From contig RDOE01000060.1 in the NCBI GenBank assembly GCA_011364975.1, positions 1 through 18,962 of the forward strand: 18,962 nucleotides of DNA, in the 5' to 3' direction. The notes below the pieces were generated by a model that searched no databases, was not told where the DNA came from, and saw only the letters and a list, made by a program, of their open reading frames with translations. Of this stretch, positions 15,376 to 18,962 are shown piece after piece (position 1 is the first letter of the stretch; the number at the start of each line of letters is the position of its first letter). The position numbers and the translations under genes are program-made. This DNA is from Promethearchaeota archaeon. GTDB lineage: Archaea; Asgardarchaeota; Lokiarchaeia; Sigyniarchaeales; SOKP01.

Positions 15376-15470
15376 ATCTTAATTTGCTGATTATTTGATC
15401 TATAGTTAAATATTGAATGAGGAAAAATACTTTTTCTGAACAATATTTGATTTAGATATTAAATTAAGAT
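15376..15470 (+). ncRNA. Putative K-turn-containing hairpin RNA, antisense to flanking genes
   Basis: 10-bp outer stem, 17-bp inner stem with two G-U pairs valid only on +, and an ATGAGGA...CTGA tandem G.A motif near the apex. Confidence 0.35.
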
Positions 15471-15546
15471 ATTCTTTATTCCTAATTAATAATTTATAAA
15501 AAGAATTAAATTTAAATCAATTATAGTAAAAAGTGTATGCTTTGAT

Positions 15547-17457
15547 TTACCTTAAGGAAATAGTTTCGCGATTTTTAGGGCTTTTAGTTGCTTTCCTCAG
15601 CTTTTTATGGATCATTGTTGAAAGACTAACACATTTACTCTCTTCTCCGTGATTAGTAATTACTAGTTTTGGTCGTGGCTGGATCCTTCTTAAAAATTGA
15701 GAAATTTGACTACGAGATGAATGTCCACTAAATCCTTCCAGAGTAAATACGTTTAAATTGATTTTTACTAATTGAGTTCTACCTCGAGAATCAATATATT
15801 GAAATTCTCTCCAACCTTTTTGAATTCTACTCCCAAGGGTGCCATTAACTTGGTATGAAACGAAGATTAAGGAATTATTTTTATCTTCTGCCATTCCCTT
15901 AAGATATTGAACTGAAGGACCTCCAATTAACATACCGCTTGTAGCTAAAATAATACAGGGACCACCAGTTAAAACTTCTTCTCTTTCTTCAGGAGTACTG
16001 ACTGTGGTAAAAAAGTCACTCAAAAAGGGATTTTTTCCTTGATGAAGTATTTTTTCTCTTAGGTCAGAACTTAAATAATCAGGGTGAGCAGTATGTATTG
16101 CTGTAGCTTCAGAGATTAAACCATCTAAGAAAATTGGTACCTTATCAATAAGTCCTTTAGAAATAAGTTCTTCTAGTACAATAATTAACTCCTGTGCTCT
16201 ACCTACTGCCAACACTGGAATAAGGATTTTTCCACCTCTTTTTATAGTAGCAATAAGTATTTGTCTGAGTTCTCTTTCTGAATCTTGTCTACTAGGAATT
16301 CTATCTTGGGGCCCTCCATACGTAGCTTCAATTAATAATGTTTCTACTCTTGGAAATTTAACTGCAGCCTTTTCTAAGAGTCTTGTTTTTTGATATTTGA
16401 AATCACCTGTATATACAAAATTGTATCCTCCCTTCCCAAAATGCAAGTGTATCATGGATGATCCTAAAATGTGACCAGAATTGTGTAAAGTAAGCTTGAT
16501 ATCTGGTGCAATATCAGTAACTTTACCCCAGGAGAGCGGAATAGTATGAAGCACAGTATTTCTCACATCTCTTTTAGAATAGGGTAAGGGAGTAGCTTCC
16601 TTCTCACATATTTGAACAAAATCAAGTTGTAGCATTGTTGATAAATTACGTGTTGGAAGTGTAGAATAAACGGGACCGCGATATCCATACTTATATAAAA
16701 AGGGTACCATTCCACAATGATCCAAATGAGCATGAGTTACTATTACAGCATCCAAATCCCTTATTGAAAATTCTGGAATATCAAATCCAGGGAATTTGTC
16801 ATTATTATTACCTACATTAAGACCGACATCAAGTAGGATATTGCTATCGCGAGTTTGCATTAAAATACAAGACCTACCAACTTCTCTAAAACCGCCTAAA
16901 GACGTCAACCTTATATCCAAATCTTTAAACAAAATAGGACGGTGAATTCTCTTTCCTATTCTAAGCAGAATATCCTTTTGGCTTTGACGTTCTTTTTGTA
17001 ACATACCTCTTATTAATTGTATTGTCTTGGAATTAAGTGGTGGTGTTCTAATTGTTTTGGGTTGCCAAAATGTATTTGATCTTATTTCTTTTAGGTTTAC
17101 TCCTTTTTTACCAATAACTAACCCAGGCTTACCAGATTCTATTATAACTTCTCCTCGAGTATGATCAAATTCAATACTCGATACTTCAGCCTCTTCACCT
17201 ACTAAATTTCGAATGTATCCTTCTGTTTCATTAGGATCCTTGCGCTTATCGACATTCCAGCGAAAAACAACTCTTTTTCGCATTATTTTTGCTAAATCCT
17301 TTAAAACTTCTGAATTTTCAACAAGCTCCACATTTGAATTTTCGGAATATACTGCAATTTCAGGTCCTTCAAATTCGACTTTTTTTACAATAATATCAGA
17401 AGGAATATTATGTATAATTTCGTCTTTAATTCTTTGTAATTCTCCTTCAAAACTCAT
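15547..17457 (-). CDS. fttA: aCPSF1 / FttA beta-CASP ribonuclease (archaeal transcription termination factor)
   Basis: N-terminal KH domains (EFEGPEI, KPGLVIGKKG), metallo-beta-lactamase motifs GGFREVGRSC, HAHLDH, GHILG and TGD, beta-CASP motifs FSGHS and HGE; 636 aa is the typical length. Confidence 0.96.
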   Translation of the reverse strand: MSFEGELQRIKDEIIHNIPSDIIVKKVEFEGPEIAVYSENSNVELVENSEVLKDLAKIMRKRVVFRWNVDKRKDPNETEGYIRNLVGEEAEVSSIEFDHTRGEVIIESGKPGLVIGKKGVNLKEIRSNTFWQPKTIRTPPLNSKTIQLIRGMLQKERQSQKDILLRIGKRIHRPILFKDLDIRLTSLGGFREVGRSCILMQTRDSNILLDVGLNVGNNNDKFPGFDIPEFSIRDLDAVIVTHAHLDHCGMVPFLYKYGYRGPVYSTLPTRNLSTMLQLDFVQICEKEATPLPYSKRDVRNTVLHTIPLSWGKVTDIAPDIKLTLHNSGHILGSSMIHLHFGKGGYNFVYTGDFKYQKTRLLEKAAVKFPRVETLLIEATYGGPQDRIPSRQDSERELRQILIATIKRGGKILIPVLAVGRAQELIIVLEELISKGLIDKVPIFLDGLISEATAIHTAHPDYLSSDLREKILHQGKNPFLSDFFTTVSTPEEREEVLTGGPCIILATSGMLIGGPSVQYLKGMAEDKNNSLIFVSYQVNGTLGSRIQKGWREFQYIDSRGRTQLVKINLNVFTLEGFSGHSSRSQISQFLRRIQPRPKLVITNHGEESKCVSLSTMIHKKLRKATKSPKNRETISLR

Positions 17458-17826
17458 ATATCTTCAATTATTTGAAATTAATCTTTTATTTACTTTATAA
17501 AGCGTTAAAATTATAGGTTTTTGAACAATTATAGCTACTTAATTTTATATTTCTTAATAATTTGGATACTTGGATATATTGATTTGTTTAATGATGTATA
17601 TAAACAAATAGAATATTTCTCATGGATGTGAATAAACAATCCCAGAGATTAAACTTTAGAACGAAAACCTTCTAATTTCTAATTAATATATGAGTTAATC
17701 AAATAAAAACATTTTCATTATTATTCTTTAATGATTTAAGTTGAAATTATCCGAGATTATAAACAAAATATTTTATTGACAGAATAATATATAAAATTTT
17801 TTTAAAAAAGAAACCTAGAAGGTACT

Positions 17827-18462
17827 ATGAAAAAAGTAATTATTGGTGCTATTGCTTCAGGGTCGGGTAGTAATTTTGAAGCTATTGTTCAAGCGTGTGA
17901 AACAGGTATTTTAAATAGAAAAGCAGAAGTAAAAGTCCTTATTTGTAATAAAGTAGGAGCATTTTGCATGGAAAGGGCAAAAAATCATAATATACCTTAT
18001 GTTCTAATCGAATCCGATAAACACCTTGACAAACCTCGTGAAATATTTGATCAATTAATGATTGATGTCTTTAAAAAATATCAATGTGAATTAATTGTAT
18101 TAGTAGGTTATATGAGATTTGTAAGCCCAAAATTTATAGAAACCTTTAAAGGGAAGGTAATGAATATTCATCCTGCCCTTTTGCCTTCTTTTAAAGGTAT
18201 GCATGCTCATGAAGACGCTTTAGCATATGGTGTAAAAGTATCAGGAGTTACGGTGCATTTTGTCGACAGTAATGAGGATCATGGACCAATAATTTTACAG
18301 AAATGTGTTCCGGTATATGATAGTGATACTAAAGATTCTTTGGCATCAAGAATTTTAGAATGGGAACATAAGATTTTTCCCAAAGCAATTGACTTATTTT
18401 GCGACAATAAATTACATATTGAGGGAAGAATTGTACGAATCAATGGTGAAGTCACCCTATAA
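17827..18462 (+). CDS. purN: Phosphoribosylglycinamide (GAR) formyltransferase
   Basis: SGSGSN phosphate loop, GYMR, NIHPALLPSFKG, GVTVHFV and DHGPII motifs. Confidence 0.96.
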   Translation: MKKVIIGAIASGSGSNFEAIVQACETGILNRKAEVKVLICNKVGAFCMERAKNHNIPYVLIESDKHLDKPREIFDQLMIDVFKKYQCELIVLVGYMRFVSPKFIETFKGKVMNIHPALLPSFKGMHAHEDALAYGVKVSGVTVHFVDSNEDHGPIILQKCVPVYDSDTKDSLASRILEWEHKIFPKAIDLFCDNKLHIEGRIVRINGEVTL

Positions 18463-18479
18463 TTATTCAAATTAATCAT

Positions 18480-18582
18480 GCGGGAGATGAATTCGTTGAA
18501 AGTTCTGACCCAACTGAAAATAGAAGAAATTTTATCTATTTAATGAAGATGATCTTGAGTTTTGAGATTTTTCATTTCCCGC
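18480..18582 (+). ncRNA. Putative box C/D-like sRNA with two K-turns
   Basis: 12-bp terminal stem GCGGGAGATGAA/TTCATTTCCCGC (one G-U, + strand); D' CTGA 18514-18517, 7-bp stem, C' ATGAAGA 18543-18549; degenerate C TTGAAAG 18496-18502 and D TTGA 18562-18565; 11- and 12-nt spacers; pyrimidine tract downstream. Confidence 0.55.
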
Positions 18583-18598
18583 TCTCTTTTCTCTTTTT
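18583..18598 (+). terminator. U-rich archaeal-type terminator tract
   Basis: TCTCTTTTCTCTTTTT immediately follows the terminal stem of the 18480-18582 element. Confidence 0.4.
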
Positions 18599-18674
18599 CA
18601 AACCTAAAATTTTAATCGAAAGAATAATTGAGTAAACTTAAAATCTATTATTCAAAAAATTAGGTTATTTTATC

Positions 18675-18962
18675 ATGCCTCGTCGTAAAGAAATATCTGA
18701 AATATTGAGGTTGATGGAAAATATTGAAAATGTTCGAAATGTAGGTTTTATTGCTCATGTAGACCACGGGAAAACGACCTTGAGTGATTCCTTATTAAGC
18801 GAAGCAGGTCTTTTATCCCCAGACTTAGCAGGTGAAGCTCGTGCCTTAGATTATTTAGAGGAAGAACAAAAGAGAGGAATCACAATGAAATCTTCAAATA
18901 TTTCCCTATATTACGACAAATCGCTTAAAGGACACAATCCATTCTTAATTAATTTAGTGGAT
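18675..18962 (+). CDS. Elongation factor 2 family GTPase (aEF-2 or its paralog), 5' part only; runs off the window end
   Basis: Not in the ORF track. Manual translation gives MPRRKEISEILRLMENIENVRNVGFIAHVDHGKTTLSDSLLSEAGLLSPDLAGEARALDYLEEEQKRGITMKSSNISLYYDKSLKGHNPFLINLVD, containing G1 AHVDHGKTT, G2 RGIT and the start of G3 (NLVD). Confidence 0.93.
   Translation, partial: MPRRKEISEILRLMENIENVRNVGFIAHVDHGKTTLSDSLLSEAGLLSPDLAGEARALDYLEEEQKRGITMKSSNISLYYDKSLKGHNPFLINLVD

Noticed and set aside
14089-18479. Short ORFs 14089-14298, 17213-17500 and 18279-18479
   Set aside because: Antisense overlaps of the dGTPase-like gene, aCPSF1 and purN.
18478-18543. 21-aa ORF MREMNSLKVLTQLKIEEILSI
   Set aside because: No RBS and very short; the region is better explained by the RNA structure.

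Overview
AT-rich archaeal chromosomal window, most likely from an Asgard (Lokiarchaeia/Promethearchaeota-like) genome. The archaeal call rests on aCPSF1/FttA, an archaeal-type EF-2 N-terminus, a tRNA-Gln with an A1-U72 pair and no encoded CCA, and GGTG(A) ribosome-binding motifs. The Asgard call is an inference from low GC and eukaryote-like domain architectures. It holds 15 complete CDSs plus a truncated EF-2-family gene. These are a coiled-coil protein, MgtC/DUF4010, an orphan DNA amino-methyltransferase, two GT87-like glycosyltransferase paralogs flanking a predicted surface glycoprotein, an RcnA/NicO-like transporter, a 789-aa Zn-finger/5x winged-helix/appendage-like protein, a NikR-like regulator, two Fe-S proteins, a parvulin, a dGTPase-like HD protein, aCPSF1 and purN. 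tRNA-Gln(CTG) is also present. No mobile element or CRISPR array is evident. The most notable unexplained signals are intergenic structured elements: a ~170-nt closed-stem element with twin AAAACCCCGT motifs (12754-12922), a K-turn hairpin (15376-15470) and a box C/D-like RNA (18480-18582). Also notable are the eukaryote-like 789-aa mosaic protein, a Par14-like parvulin and an EF-2 homolog carrying an EFL1-like signature. All family assignments come from motif recognition by eye, not database searches.
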